A DNA stretch of 63,220 nucleotides, counting the filler, from Collodictyon triciliatum (lineage: Eukaryota), in the NCBI GenBank assembly GCA_043381765.1. It is 16 parts of 16 records of this genome, joined end to end, with 100 filler letters (N's around TTAATTAATTAA, not from the genome) between each part and the next. Parts side by side here need not be neighbours in the genome. Positions count along the whole stretch, not along the records: positions 1 to 4,001 come from JBHJMP010006611.1; positions 4,102 to 8,101 come from JBHJMP010006612.1; positions 8,202 to 12,201 come from JBHJMP010006613.1; 13 more parts are not named here. One strand, 5' to 3'. The position numbers and the translations under genes are program-made. Under the pieces are notes generated by a model. The model saw nothing but the letters and a program-made list of their open reading frames with translations. It searched no databases and had not been told where the DNA came from. This document shows positions 1-12,196 of this stretch, in pieces (position 1 is the first letter of the stretch; each line of letters opens with the position of its first letter).

Positions 1-658
1 TTCGCTGTCCGGTAAGCGCAATTGGATGGACTCTTCCCAAAGTTTGTTCGCTTTCAAGAAGGAGGCGAGCGCATCTGTTAGCCTGCGGGCCTTGTTCTTC
101 TCATAAACGACTTGCTCGACCCCGAGCAAAAATACTGTCCGCTCAGACAGACTTGCAGATTGCTTCCTTGCACGGGTCTTTCTAGACTTGCGCGCAACCC
201 AGAACTTTTACACTCGTCGCGGTTGGCAATCAAGAAGCAGAGCGAAGATGAAATTTTGTGTGTTTTTCATGCTCAATGAGAAATTTTGCAGAATACTCTG
301 TTGACTATACACAGTTCTCAGCCGATATTAAAACACCATAAATACCCAGCAATATAAAAAACCTCTTCTTATTGTTAGGTTTTGCTTCATTTAAGACCTT
401 TTAAAAACAAACAAAACTATTTCTATACTTTTCAAAAATCGAGGATAAATATAATTGAGTGGAAACATAATCTTTCATATGAAAATTTTTAAAAGATATT
501 CAAAAATACCATTTTATAACACGGAATAATTGTCTTGATACTAATGAAACCCCACATAATTGTCATTATTTGGAAAATAGTTGATAAATAATGAAATGAA
601 ATTAGTTTCGGTTCAATATTTCGATTATTTAGTTGATTTTTGGTTATGGTCTTCACAT

Positions 659-1816
659 TCAACATTTATAATGATCGTTGAGAGGTTTTAACAATACGAT
701 TGAAAAATCTTGTCTGCAAATCTGCAGGTCAGGCTCATCAGTTATTAGGCTTATAATGCCGGTTTTGGCACTACATATAGCTTTGCGTGACATGTAGGAG
801 TTATAAGACAGTGAAGAGAAGTGGTTGGCAAAGAACAAGTTTGACATTGACAGAATGTAAGAGTCAACCAATCCTTCAGAGTATATGCCCACCATGGTCT
901 TGTTTGAGAAGATTTTGGGATTGTATTTTTCAATGAACTTTGAATCATCTTCGGGGTCTTGCCCATCAGTGGCCAGAAAAAAAGACTTCATCTGCTTGGC
1001 GCCAGAACTTCTATCAATGTATGACATGACATGAGACAAAGGCATTGTGCATTTTCCCTCCCATCTTCTTAGATGGACAGCTGCGTAAGGTCGAAGCAAA
1101 TTATTCCTTATCCAACTATCTCCGACATCTCGCAATTCCCTCCTTAGCTTCAAATATGACATAATACGTAGAACATCTTCTTCAGGTACTGTCCATCTGT
1201 AGGGAATACCAACTTCAAGGTGGGTAGCCCCAACAGAAGATAGAGTAGACACCAGAGACTCTGGTGTAAATTTCTTGTGAAATCTTGAAAAAGGAATATC
1301 CTTTCTCAAAACTTTATCTTTTTCGCCCAATGTTGGTAAAATTTTTGAGTTGTAGTCAAAGGCCGAAACCATCTTTACTCCAGACCTTAGAATATGTGCC
1401 AAATCAAAATACTTTTCGAAGGCTACTTGTCCATATGTGATCCTTTTCCGACCAAGGCAGTTGTGTTCATCCCAGCCAGGGAATATCAGTGTGCGGTTAA
1501 TTCTTTCAGACCAGTATAAGGCAGCCACAAATGTTTGGATTTGATTGTTTATCCTTCCCATTCTGTAATCGTAGGCAAAGTACTTTGGGGGTGAGCCCAA
1601 TAAATTGATGCAATCGGCATGCAAACAGTTTTGTTGTGAATAAATATCTTCAGAAAACGGTTTTCTACAAATAAGGTTTGGTAAGCTATAAGAATATAGG
1701 AACCCATTTTAACTTAATGATTACTTATTTAATCCTAATTCCTGCGTAAAATTTGCACAGTCAACTGCTAATATACTCTGAAGTGCCAAGATACTAAACA
1801 AAAGTAGAAGTTTCAT
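659..1816 (-). CDS. GDP-fucose protein O-fucosyltransferase-like protein (O-FucT family), signal peptide, 2 exons (1816-1725, 1685-659)
   Basis: Motifs MGRINNQI, NRTLIFP, YAAVHLRR, FFLATD and VDSYILSMSNLFFANHFSSLS. A 39-nt GT-AG intron (1724-1686) joins the signal peptide MKLLLLFSILALQSILA in frame to ORF 659..1624. Confidence 0.85.
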
Positions 1817-2363
1817 CTCGATTACCTGTTTGTTGGAGGATATCAAAGTTTTTGTGATTGCTGATAGTCTAGATGATTTGAAATTTTTGGGGTTTAAAAT
1901 CGCTTTGGAAGACAAAAACTTACGTCGGGCTGACCTAGTGGCCCAAATTTTTCAATATTCTTAATTACTGTTCAATCTTACGAGCTAAATATGATGAGTT
2001 AAATACTATCAATAGTATGCTAAAATAGGAAATAAGTCGCCTTTGTAAATTTTGTATGTGCTCAAGTCTCATATCTTTTCGACGGACCTCTAGGTTTCGA
2101 GGGATTCTGGGCGATGCGCAGAGCACCATTAAGAAAACTTATGTACACAAAGACGAGATCTATGTATAATCAACATACCTCCACATACGCTAATTTATCC
2201 TGCTACCTCCATTTAGACAATAAAGCTGCCAAACACTGACTATGTGTATAGTATTTTGTGTCTCAATTAGTGGGAAACATACTTGCTCTCTTAAAATTTT
2301 AGCTTTCCTGCTGAAGGTTCAGGGTTGATATTTGTGATGCTAAAGTCAAAAAATTTGTTACTG

Positions 2364-3352
2364 ATTCGATTCAAGGTAAGCTTTTTTTATGAACTAGAGC
2401 TGAGATGGGTGCATGTAAAAGAGAGCAAACGCGAGTATGAGAGGTCGCTACTGTGGAGAGGCTAGCACTGGAAAGAAGTCAGTGATAGCGAGTTGGCCAG
2501 GTGTGCGTCCCAACTGAATGATTGATTGCGTGGGTAGCAGGGGTTGGATATGCTGTGGGATATATATCTCACGACACATTCCCACATCCCTCTTCGCTTG
2601 CGGTCAGAGTAGCGGAGAATGCCGGGCGTGTTTCAGCAGACTGTTCAGGAAGCTGTATTGCGCGAGTCTTTCCAGCCTCGGTACATTGATTTCTCGTTCG
2701 GATGAATCATTAGAGCGAGAGAATGCGCGCATACTCTATAAGGACCACAGCATATGTCCCCTTGTGACTGTCCAGAGTATTCTAGAGTTGTGGGTCATTT
2801 GGTATTGTGGGCCAGACAGGATGTCGGACGCGCTGAGTCGGTTGGGAGGATAGTCAAGCTTAGAGAGCATCTTGTGGGTAGACTCTGTCACTTTTTGAGC
2901 CAGAGAGCACTTCAAAAATTTGTGTTCGACAGAACCATATTCACTATGGCCCATGGTGCATTCTGGAGAGGTCGTTGCTGCATGGACTACACGCACCTAT
3001 CCACAGCTCTCTGTTGGAGATATTGAGCAGTAGGGCGCGGTGTTTCGGGAGTAGCTGAGGTATACGGGCTTGGTTCCAGCTTTTGACTATCGGCGGGTCT
3101 ATAATGCCTATAGTTTCGGCCCAACGACTCATTTTCTCCGGTCTGTAAAGATCTAGACTGGTGATTTTGCATCGAAACAGCTTTGAATATGCCATGGCCA
3201 TCGAGAATTGCGGAGAGTCAGGCGTAATGGACCGCCTTTGGTTCTTGAGGCGAAAGAAAAATGACGACGGCGCTCCGTATGAGATGGGACGTCGTGAGCG
3301 CCATTCTCCTTTGTTATTCAAGGCGGCTGTGGTTGGCTATGCATCTTGTGTG
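2364..3352 (-). mobile_element. Decayed 3' portion of an L1/Tx1-like non-LTR retrotransposon (zf-RVT-like C-terminal region plus 3' UTR)
   Basis: Frameshifted ORFs read FSMAMAYSKL...W...LLPKHRALLLNISNRELWIG...ECTM...SVEHKFLKC. About 2364-3085 aligns by eye with 23309-24035. Confidence 0.8.
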
Positions 3353-3684
3353 AGAAAGACAATACAGAGTCCTCGGGCTATACATTTTAACATTTTTCAT
3401 CCATCTCTTGTCTTATATTTGACACTTAATTTTGTTGACATCTTTTCTATTTATCCTTTCATTTTTTTGGAATACGTTTACTTTTTTAAATATATTTATA
3501 CATTTTTTCTCGCCCTTAGAGAAAGATATTTTAATACATAACTTATGATCAATATCTTTCACTCCATCGCGAAGTTGTACCACACATCAACTTATCAGCT
3601 TTGATGATATGCTTTTTTTCATATCAGGTATGAACTACTCAATCGATTTTCTAAAAATCCAAAACGTCATTTAGACAATACAAA

Positions 3685-4001
3685 ATGCGTACCTACGCAA
3701 TATTACTGCGAAATGACAAAACCCCTGAACGAGCCATTGGCAGCAGGACAAATATGCTGGGACAACCAAAAAGGCTTCTGCATCATCAAACAGGTTCACG
3801 AAGGCAACGCGGCCACCATCAGAGAAATCTCATTCAAAGAAGACGGCTCGTACATCACAACGCCAGGCTCCACCGCATTCCGCACACAAGATGCACAGCC
3901 AACCACAGCCGTCCTGAATAACAAAGGAAAATGGCGCTCACGCAGACCAATCTCATACGACATCCCGTCGCCATTCTTTTTCCGCCTCAAGAACGAACGC
4001 T
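3685..4001 (+). mobile_element. Second fragment of the same LINE family in the opposite orientation, cut by the contig end
   Basis: NNKGKWRSRRPISYDIPSPFFFRLKNER matches NNKGEWRSRRPISYGAPSSFFFRLKNQR encoded on the minus strand at about 3235-3320. Confidence 0.75.
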
Positions 4002-4101
4002 NNNNNNNNNNNNNNNNNNNNNNNNNNNNNNNNNNNNNNNNNNNNTTAATTAATTAANNNNNNNNNNNNNNNNNNNNNNNNNNNNNNNNNNNNNNNNNNN
4101 N
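4002..4101. other. Artificial contig-joining spacer (N44-TTAATTAATTAA-N44); repeated at 8102, 12202, 16304, 20402, 24500, 28596, 32691, 36788, 40882, 44978, 49070, 53162, 57249 and 61338 (100 nt each)
   Basis: The same 100-nt structure with a six-frame stop linker occurs about every 4.1 kb, and sequence on either side is unrelated. Confidence 0.99.
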
Positions 4102-4138
<37 letters not shown>

Positions 4139-4141
4139 GAG

Positions 4142-4199
<58 letters not shown>
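4102..4199. repeat. (AG)n/(AAAG)n microsatellite at a contig edge. Similar simple repeats lie at 10652-10750 (AAT), 12102-12195 (TTA), 16404-16500, 20300-20401, 24670-24762 (TTTA), 28522-28595 (AG), 28696-28799 (GAGT), 32593-32690 (CCAA), 40982-41137 (14-mer), 44880-44977, 49990-50117, 51701-51800, 52955-53161, 57126-57232 and 60521-60625
   Basis: Read directly from the sequence; many contigs break at these repeats. Confidence 0.97.
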
Positions 4200-4200
<1 letters not shown>

Positions 4201-5173
4201 ATGTGTGTGTGTGAGATTGATTGAGATTGAGAAAGAGAAAGAGAGAGCAAGATAATAGAGCTAGCAAAGCAGGCAAGGCTCCATTGTTCAGTCTCGGCTT
4301 GTGCGAGCTGCGTCCGGTGTTTGGGGCTTTCGGGGCTCTCAACCATGGCGTATGGTAAGTACATGAACAAAGGCGATAGCGAGCAAAAGGGCCTAGCGAG
4401 TGCGGCTTATAACTCCTTCAGTTGCTTACACCACGCGACACACAAAGTATGCAGACATCACACCACACCAACGAAACCTCCTTCCTGTTGCCTTAACATT
4501 CGGTTGATTCTTTTCCCTGAAGCTGTCTCGTGTTTTCTATTCTATCATTCTTTCTTTCCAGTGCTTGAGGCAAGCTAACCAGGCCCTGATTGCGCTGTAT
4601 CTTATACTTGCTGTTCATTTTATTCGGTTTTTTTTTTTTGGCTATTTTTTTCGTCATTATCATTGCGTCACGTTATTTCGGTCATTTCCATATTACACAC
4701 GCCCAGCATAAAAATAAACTTTTATCTATTAAAAAAAATAAAAAGGCAATTGTAAACCGGGCCCAGAAACAGGCACTGTTCTGTGTGCTTTGTTGTCCTT
4801 GCACCCTCCAAAAGGCCGGCACGCTTCGCTGCATCACCATCGACGCACGAAACTACGCACACCAACCCACTCTTGTGACGTCAGCCCGCTCAGCCCTGGC
4901 TTTGTGACGGCTCGCTGACGCAATCAACTACACTACAATCCACATAAGGGTAACAAAATATACATATGTGGAATATATATGGTGAGCGGTGTTACGTTTC
5001 TGCCACACCTTTGCAGCTGCCGCTACTGTTGTCATGATGGGCTTTCAACACAGTTCCATGATTTCAATGTCTTGCGTCTCTTAACATACTCTCCTTTCGA
5101 CCTGTGTGCGTTTTTGCCACCCCCAGGTGCCTTACGTTGATGGATATTAGGTGTTTGGGCAGTGTTGCGAGGT

Positions 5174-7105
5174 ATGGAAGTGTCAGGGTCTGGTGTTATG
5201 GCGAAAGCGACAGAGCCGAGCAGGAACTTGCGTCGCTTGGCATTTGGGTCGTTCAGCGGGATTCGGGTTGTTAGCGACGAAGCGACTCCACAGAATCTTT
5301 CGGAGGATGCTGTGGAAAGTCTGGTCAGGAGTCCAAAGATTGCACAGTTGAAGATGGTAGCCAACGTGAAGACTGCGCAAGAATCATCGCCGTTGATGAG
5401 GCTGGCAGCATATGAGTCGCTTTTATCGACTTCGGCAAGCGTTCAGGCTTCGGCTTCTAGTGACATTATCTACACGGTGCATTGCTGATTATTGAAATTC
5501 CTCCTTGTGCTCTGTTATATACGTTTCTTTGTACTTTGATGAATGAGACTATTTTTAGAGTAGAAGGGGTAATTGCACATTTTTTTGGTTGGGTCCTGAT
5601 TCTATGTGGGTATTCATTTATTCCCGCAGGGTCCGGAGTCGAGCACATATGGGGTATCCACCCATTCGGGTACCGACTCAAAGAAAGAAAATCAGGTGGT
5701 TTACACTATGTAAATGAAATTCTGATATATGTGTATATATGTATATATAGTTTTTTCTTTTTCTTTTTCTTTTCTTCTTACCTGGTGATATAAATTGAAA
5801 CATCTAGGATACGTTCTTCTATGCAGAATCATTCGCTGGTGATGAATCTAGCATTTTGTTTGGGGTGTTTGACGGCCATGGAAAAGATGGAGCCTATGCA
5901 TCGCAATTTGCCAAAGAAGCTCTCCATCGCAACCTCAGTTTCATCTTCAAGAAACGGCAGAGCAGGGACACTGAAATACATGAGGCTTTTCTTCTAACAC
6001 AAAAAGAGATGGAAAATTGCAAACGATTTCAACTCTCAGGGACAACAGCGAGTATTTGTCTAATAGTGGGACTTGAAATGTTCGTTGCAAATGTAGGTGA
6101 TTCCAAAGGGATTTTAGGTAGAGAATGTTGTGCGTGTATAGAAAAGTATGGGAAGCACAGTACACATATGAGCGCTTGTGAAATGACTGTGGATCACAAG
6201 GCTAGTGCTTCTTGTCGTTTTCATTCGGACTTTATGCTTAACATATTGCATAGTGTGCATGATTTTTCCATACACTTCCTTATGTCATAGACTCTGATCT
6301 ATATGTTTTTACTCAAACTAGTTAAACAACCCAAAAGAGAGAAAAAGAGTGACTGATTCTGGTGGTTTAGTCAAAAGGCATCCAAAAATATATCATGATT
6401 GTGAAAGGATATGGAAAGTAGGAGAAACATATCCAGGACTTGCTATAGCTCGTTCTCTTGGTGATGCAGCTGGTCATGAGCTCGGTGTTGTCTCAATTCC
6501 AAATATAAGAAAGAAACGCATTGACGAGCACGATAAGGTTGGGAAATCTTGATAATCATATCACATTCGAAATCCTGTTTTTCTTTCTATTATCATATAA
6601 TAGCTCGTGTTCGAATTATTGGATTGTTTCCTTGTATGAGCTATTGAAATACTGTCGTGTACAGGCATGGAATAAACAACTACACACAATTTTTTAAAAA
6701 AAAAAAAATTAAAAAAGATTATCATTCTCGCGAGTGATGGTGTTTGGGACGTCGTATCCCCGCAAGAGTCTTTGGATATTGTGTCAAAAAGTACTGACCC
6801 CGCGTCAGCAACTGGCCATCTAATCCAGGTGACTTTACAGTCTGTGTGAATATCAACTCGTTCCTAGATTCCTCAGATCATGTTATTTGGTTTTGCGTAC
6901 AAAAACCACAAGGATAATCGAAGACATGCTGTTTAAACTATTGCCGCCATTTTGACAAATTTTAATTAAATTTAGAAATGAAAATATATTATGATTAAAA
7001 TACATATGCTGAATACAGGCTTGCCTTCAAGGTTGGAGAGAAAAATATTCGAGTGGTGACAATATTACCGCAATAGCTGTTTACCTGGGAACAATCAAAA
7101 TGTAA
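5174..7105 (+). CDS. PP2C (PPM-family) Ser/Thr phosphatase, about 6 exons; start codon uncertain
   Basis: Spliced motifs ENQ|DT, FGVFDGHG, SGTTA, ANVGDS, DHK|LNNPKERKRV, PGLAIARSLGD, IILASDGVWDV and GDNITAI. Confidence 0.92.
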
Positions 7106-8023
7106 TTATTTTTTTTTTTTAATTCTTCCTTTCAGTTTTGTGCAGGATGGTGAAACAATCAAAATGTAATAATTAATTGGTAATTGTAAAGCTCTGTATT
7201 TATCATGAAATATCTTCTTAATTATGGAGTTTACCATTTGGATTTTCCCAATTTTTTACTGCTTTTTGGTAACAAACATTTTTTTCGGTGTAATTGCTTA
7301 GATATGATCAGGCACGCCCATGCCATGAACTGCAAGAGTCTGAGTGGGAAGATTTATCCAGAGAGGTAGTATGGTCCAACTCTTCGAAGACCTGTATAAT
7401 CTTGTGATATAACACCAATATCCAAAAATAAAATAACATAACATAACACAAGATATAATAACATGATGCGGGGTGCGCTGTATTTAAGAGCGAGCAAATA
7501 CATCAATTTAAATGGCCCTTTGTTTTAATTTAACGCGTGGACTCCATTTGTTGTTGATGAATATTGAAATCACTGGGTGTATACTATCTCAAGCTAGAAA
7601 AAAAAAAGGTCTCTCTTTTCAATAGAACGGCCTTTTGTTTTTCAAATGCTTCAAAGTAGTACCGGGGTGATAATAGAACATTCTTATTTCAGCATCATAA
7701 CGAATTTTATCATAAGAAGAATTACGAATGGCGCTGCGTTGTTATATTGTTTTTTATTTAGTGCTTCATCACAGTAAACTTTGGTTTGGTCTCCAATCTT
7801 GGTTGTGAGGTCTCAAGGACTTCGATGACAGCCTCCTGAGTCTCCAAATGCTGGGCAACTGTGTTCTTTGGAACATTCATCTTGTTATCGATGATGGTGA
7901 CCTGCACAGAATCAAGAAAATTGGTCAGCTGAGGAACGAAGGACTAGCAAAACGTATACACATATCTAATATGGGTCTTGGAGGAAAAAAGTTCATATGT
8001 GGATGTCGACCACGGATGGCTCA

Positions 8024-8073
<50 letters not shown>

Positions 8074-8202
8074 TAATTTTATTTTTGAAAAAAAAAAAAA
8101 ANNNNNNNNNNNNNNNNNNNNNNNNNNNNNNNNNNNNNNNNNNNNTTAATTAATTAANNNNNNNNNNNNNNNNNNNNNNNNNNNNNNNNNNNNNNNNNNN
8201 NC

Positions 8203-8364
8203 AAAAACAAGATGCAGGAGACGCCGTTGGATATCGCTGTTCGGTTGAAGCAATCAAGAAACGAAGATGTACTGCTCACTGAAAAGTTGATTCAGTTGCA
8301 AGACTTGCAGAAAGAGTTCAATCTCCGATTTGGGCTGAGCACCAGCACACTGAGCCCGCGTTAA
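8203..8364 (+). CDS. 3' end of an ankyrin-repeat protein (truncated by the contig start)
   Basis: Frame reads KNKMQETPLDIAVRLKQ...LSPR*, an ankyrin-like N-x-x-x-x-TPL-x-x-A pattern. Confidence 0.55.
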   Translation, partial: KNKMQETPLDIAVRLKQSRNEDVLLTEKLIQLQDLQKEFNLRFGLSTSTLSPR

Positions 8365-9119
8365 GGTTCTTGCGCGGATTCTAATATTTATTCCTTTATA
8401 TAAACATTTCCTTCTGCAGCTTACGAGATGGTGCGTATTACACGAACGTATGAAATTAATTTCGCTAATTGAATTCTAATATCTTTATGCTTTTCATCTG
8501 CCCCTTTGGACGCGGCTTTGGTTCTTGGTGTAGTATATTTTCTGCATGCCGAGCCAACAAGATTCTCCATAGGGTGTTGTTTAAGAACAGCACTTGAAGA
8601 GCTATGAAAGGGGCCTTCGATTCAATAAAGTATACCACAACACATGCGTATTGCCTTCCCTGGCTCATAGCCTTCCATCGCCTCTGTTTGGCTTTCATCA
8701 TCGCCTGTTCTTCTGGATGAAAACTCAATGACAGTCCGATAAGAAAGAAAAAAACACCCTTCCTTGTTTTCCCTCCTGAGCGCATCGCCTGTTGCTATGC
8801 ACACCCGGCCTGATCGAAAAAACAAGAGTGGCGATACTGTATTTGTGCTTTCCTTTGCGGGTTATATGCGTTTGTTTTGTTGACCTGGTTCTTTTCTCCT
8901 TGTCTATGCGCATAGTCTATTCATTTTTTTCCCCTTTTCCCAGCGTATTTGTCTTTCCATGCTTGAAAAAAGACCTTGGAAAAAGAGAAAAGAGCGGATT
9001 AGAAGAAAATAAAGAGAAAGAAAAAAGACAGGCCAAGCCTGCCCTTCGTTAGTAACGGCGTATTGGTGATTTATTGCAGTATACAGCAGGTGGAAGACAG
9101 GAGGGTTCGTGGAAAAGAA

Positions 9120-10651
9120 ATGAGTCGGCCGAGTCAGCAGGAACGACCTTCTCACACAGGTAATCCCAGTCTTTATTTATAGGGCTTTGTCTGCCTCATT
9201 AATTATGTATTTACTTTGCATTTTATTTGAGTATTTACTCATCTATTTTGATATTTTGATATTTTTTTCCTTTATTCGATTCAAAGTTGATATCTTGATA
9301 TTTATTTATGTATTTTATTTGTCATTCGTATGCCACTGAGTCCACGTTTGAAAAAAGAAGTATTTTTTTAGTTCATCTTTATCTGAAGTAATTATATTAG
9401 AATCGATCACTCACTTCTTATCTGGAGCTATATCTGGTGCAGTTTCATCTCTTGCACTTCAAGTATGCGAATATTATATATGAATATCATGTACCTCCCA
9501 ATAATCTATGCTTATGAATGATATTGTAAGAATTTGTCGTTAAAAGTATAGAGAATGTAAATTACTACCAATTGTCCTATTCTATAAAGAAAAAAACTGT
9601 GGATGTATTGATTATTTTCGTTCTTTTGATTTTGATTAGTTTATGGCCAATAGTTATAAAAGTAAAGTTGTTATTATTGTTGTGGGCTTACTGTTGTCAC
9701 TATTATTATGCTTATAATTATCATGATTATTACCATGATTATAATTATGATTACGACTTACTCGAAAATAATTCACCAACACGTCATTCATAGCCCCTGG
9801 ATGTCATCCGCACGCACATGCAAAAGACGAAGCCATCCAGGTCATCAATGCTGTCTGTGATGCTTTTTTACTACTAATTTATTCTATTATAATTGATTCT
9901 CTTCAACTTTTCATTCCCTCTCTTCGTTTTACCTGTCCAAAAAAAATAATGATAATTGTTAACAAAATCTTTATAAATCAAACTGATGATGCTAACATAG
10001 ACGCAAACAAATATTGGTTTTTTTTTCCTGAAGAAAATTCCCTATGGACCGACCTGGAGCCTTTTACATCGCACGCACTATTTACCAGCAAGATGGGCTG
10101 AAGGGGTTGTGGAGAGGAAGTGAGCCGACCTTGATTCGAATAGTTCCTGGTTCAGGGATTTATTTTCTCGCAATACATAAAATGACACAGGTATTTTCAT
10201 TTAGCTCATTCACCAAAAACAAGTTAATCTAGGGGCGGTGAACACATCAATTATTTGTCTTGATTAATTGCTCGTCTATTCGCAGTTTTCCTCCCTATTA
10301 AAACCAATAAATTGACCAATAGTTTTTCGTTACACCAGACTCTCCAACTTTGACACCTATTCAATCGCTGGTAATAAACCTATCTGAGAAAGCATAAAAC
10401 ACAGCCAATACTTAATAAATTAAATTGTATTATTTTTTATTACGTAAAATAGGTGGTCGGTGCTTTATCAAGAGCAATTGTCACTGTATTGGTGTCTCCT
10501 ATTTCTGTCATAAAGACTCGAATTGAGGTTTTTCTTTGATTTTTACGTGTTAAAGGAGTTTATGCGATTTGCCAAATTCTCGACTTATTTGAATCGAATA
10601 AAAGGAAAATATTATCACATACTTTTTCATATACAAACATTTAGTTGCTTG

Positions 10652-10750
<99 letters not shown>

Positions 10751-12054
10751 GCTTGTTGAACTTTTTTACCTTTCCCTCTCTTTCATCGCTCAGCTAGAAA
10801 ACCGATTTAATGTGATATTATATATATTAATTTGTTTGATAGGCAATCTAGTGAAAATTTTGATTTAGGCAGGAGAAAACTATAAAAATACGATGGATGC
10901 TCTGAAGATTATTTCAAGAACAGAGGGGATTCGAGGTATCTTACATCTTCTTTGTCTTTACCCAATTTATTTACTGAAGAATAATAATAAAAAATTGATT
11001 AAAATATCGAAATCTAAAAAACTTCAAGAAATTATCCCTTTTTTTTTTTAAAAAAAAAAAAGAAGCAAAAAGACAGAAGGAAAGGGAAATATTTGAAATT
11101 ATTTGAGGTAATTAATGACCATTTAAGGTTTATACAGCGGTCTTGTTCCCACTCTCCTTCGTGATTCCCCCAGAAACGGAATATATTTCGTGGTATACAA
11201 TCACATGAAGTTTATTTTTGAAGGTAAAATTGAACTTTATCCCGAACCAGAGTTACAAAAACAAACACAATAAGTTTTGCTGTGCTGTATAATTTCAGTT
11301 TTCTTTTGCTAATTGTAGCAAGGATTTTTCATTTCCTGATTTTTGTTGAAAAAAAAACTAGAACACAAGAACAAAAGTTTTTTGGGCCTGTTCATAATAA
11401 ATGACCCGATGGTAACGATGGCGTCAGGTACTTCCTAATCAATCGTATACCCAATCCAGAATATAATTCCTGTCTCCAAATTGCTTTATAATACTTTAAA
11501 CACCAATATTAATTTACACTATATGTCTAACTTAAGGATTTATTGCTGGTGTACCGGCGACCATGCTAACACATCCATTTGGAGTTCTCAAGGCACATTC
11601 CCGGCATACAATTCATACATTTATGTCTATCTTGAAAATAGCGACGGGATTATAAAACCTTTTATTTATTTATTCGTGCTTTGTTAAATAATTTTGTAAA
11701 CGCATTTTAGACAAGAATGCAGTTAGAACATCAAAGTGAAAAAAGGAGTGCGTGGAGAATCGCCAAAGAGACATTGAAGGTTCCTTAATGCATGATTATA
11801 GAGCAATACCTTTGGCTCTAATGATTACATCGCTTGTTAAGTTGTGACTATCAAGTTCGAGATGATCAGAATTAATTCAACTTCTTACGTTTTTTTTCTG
11901 AAAATAAGAAGAGAAAGAAAGAGTCGTTTCTTTAAGTGTCCAACTATAATGTTCATCTTATGTTTTAATATCAAAAGAATGATGGTTTTACTGGGTTCTA
12001 CCGAGGTATCGGCCCTCGTGTTCTTCGGCGCATGCTTCAAGCATCATTATTATG
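9120..12054 (+). CDS. SLC25A38: Mitochondrial carrier, SLC25A38/Hem25 (glycine carrier)-like, many short exons, last exon missing at the contig end
   Basis: Spliced: HFLSGAISGAVSSLALQ|PLDVIRTHMQ, GLWRGSEPTLIRIVPGSGIYF, PISVIKTRIE, LYSGLVPTLLRDSP, HPFGVLK|TRMQ and GFYRGIGPRVLRR. Three carrier repeats are present. Confidence 0.85.
9248..9303 (-). mobile_element. Ultra-short LINE 3'-tail insertion with a 17-nt target-site duplication, in intron 1 of the carrier gene
   Basis: TTGATATTTTGATATTT (9248-9264), then TTTTCCTTTATTCGATTCAAAG, then TTGATATCTTGATATTT (9287-9303). The core matches the LINE 3' end at about 23297-23323. Confidence 0.75.
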
Positions 12055-12102
12055 GTAACCGACCTATCAATGTTGTTCTTTTTCTTTCAAAGTATACCCA
12101 TA

Positions 12103-12196
<94 letters not shown>

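Noticed and set aside
1-208. Open minus-strand frame of about 69 codons running off the window start (KFWVARKSRKTR...)
   Set aside because: Too short, with no clear start or splice site and no recognisable motif.
2058-2128. About 70-nt segment bounded by GTGCTC/GAGCAC followed by CA, superficially tRNA-like
   Set aside because: No recognisable D arm or T arm (no properly placed TTCRA loop), so a cloverleaf cannot be supported.
4046-4057. TTAATTAATTAA recurring every ~4.1 kb, which could be read as a regular repeat array or CRISPR-like structure
   Set aside because: It is an artificial six-frame stop linker inside N padding. Gene neighbourhoods across spacers have no biological meaning.
10523-10759. 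Poly-I, poly-L, poly-Y, poly-F and poly-K ORFs here and at many contig ends
   Set aside because: They are translations of intronic or intergenic microsatellites.
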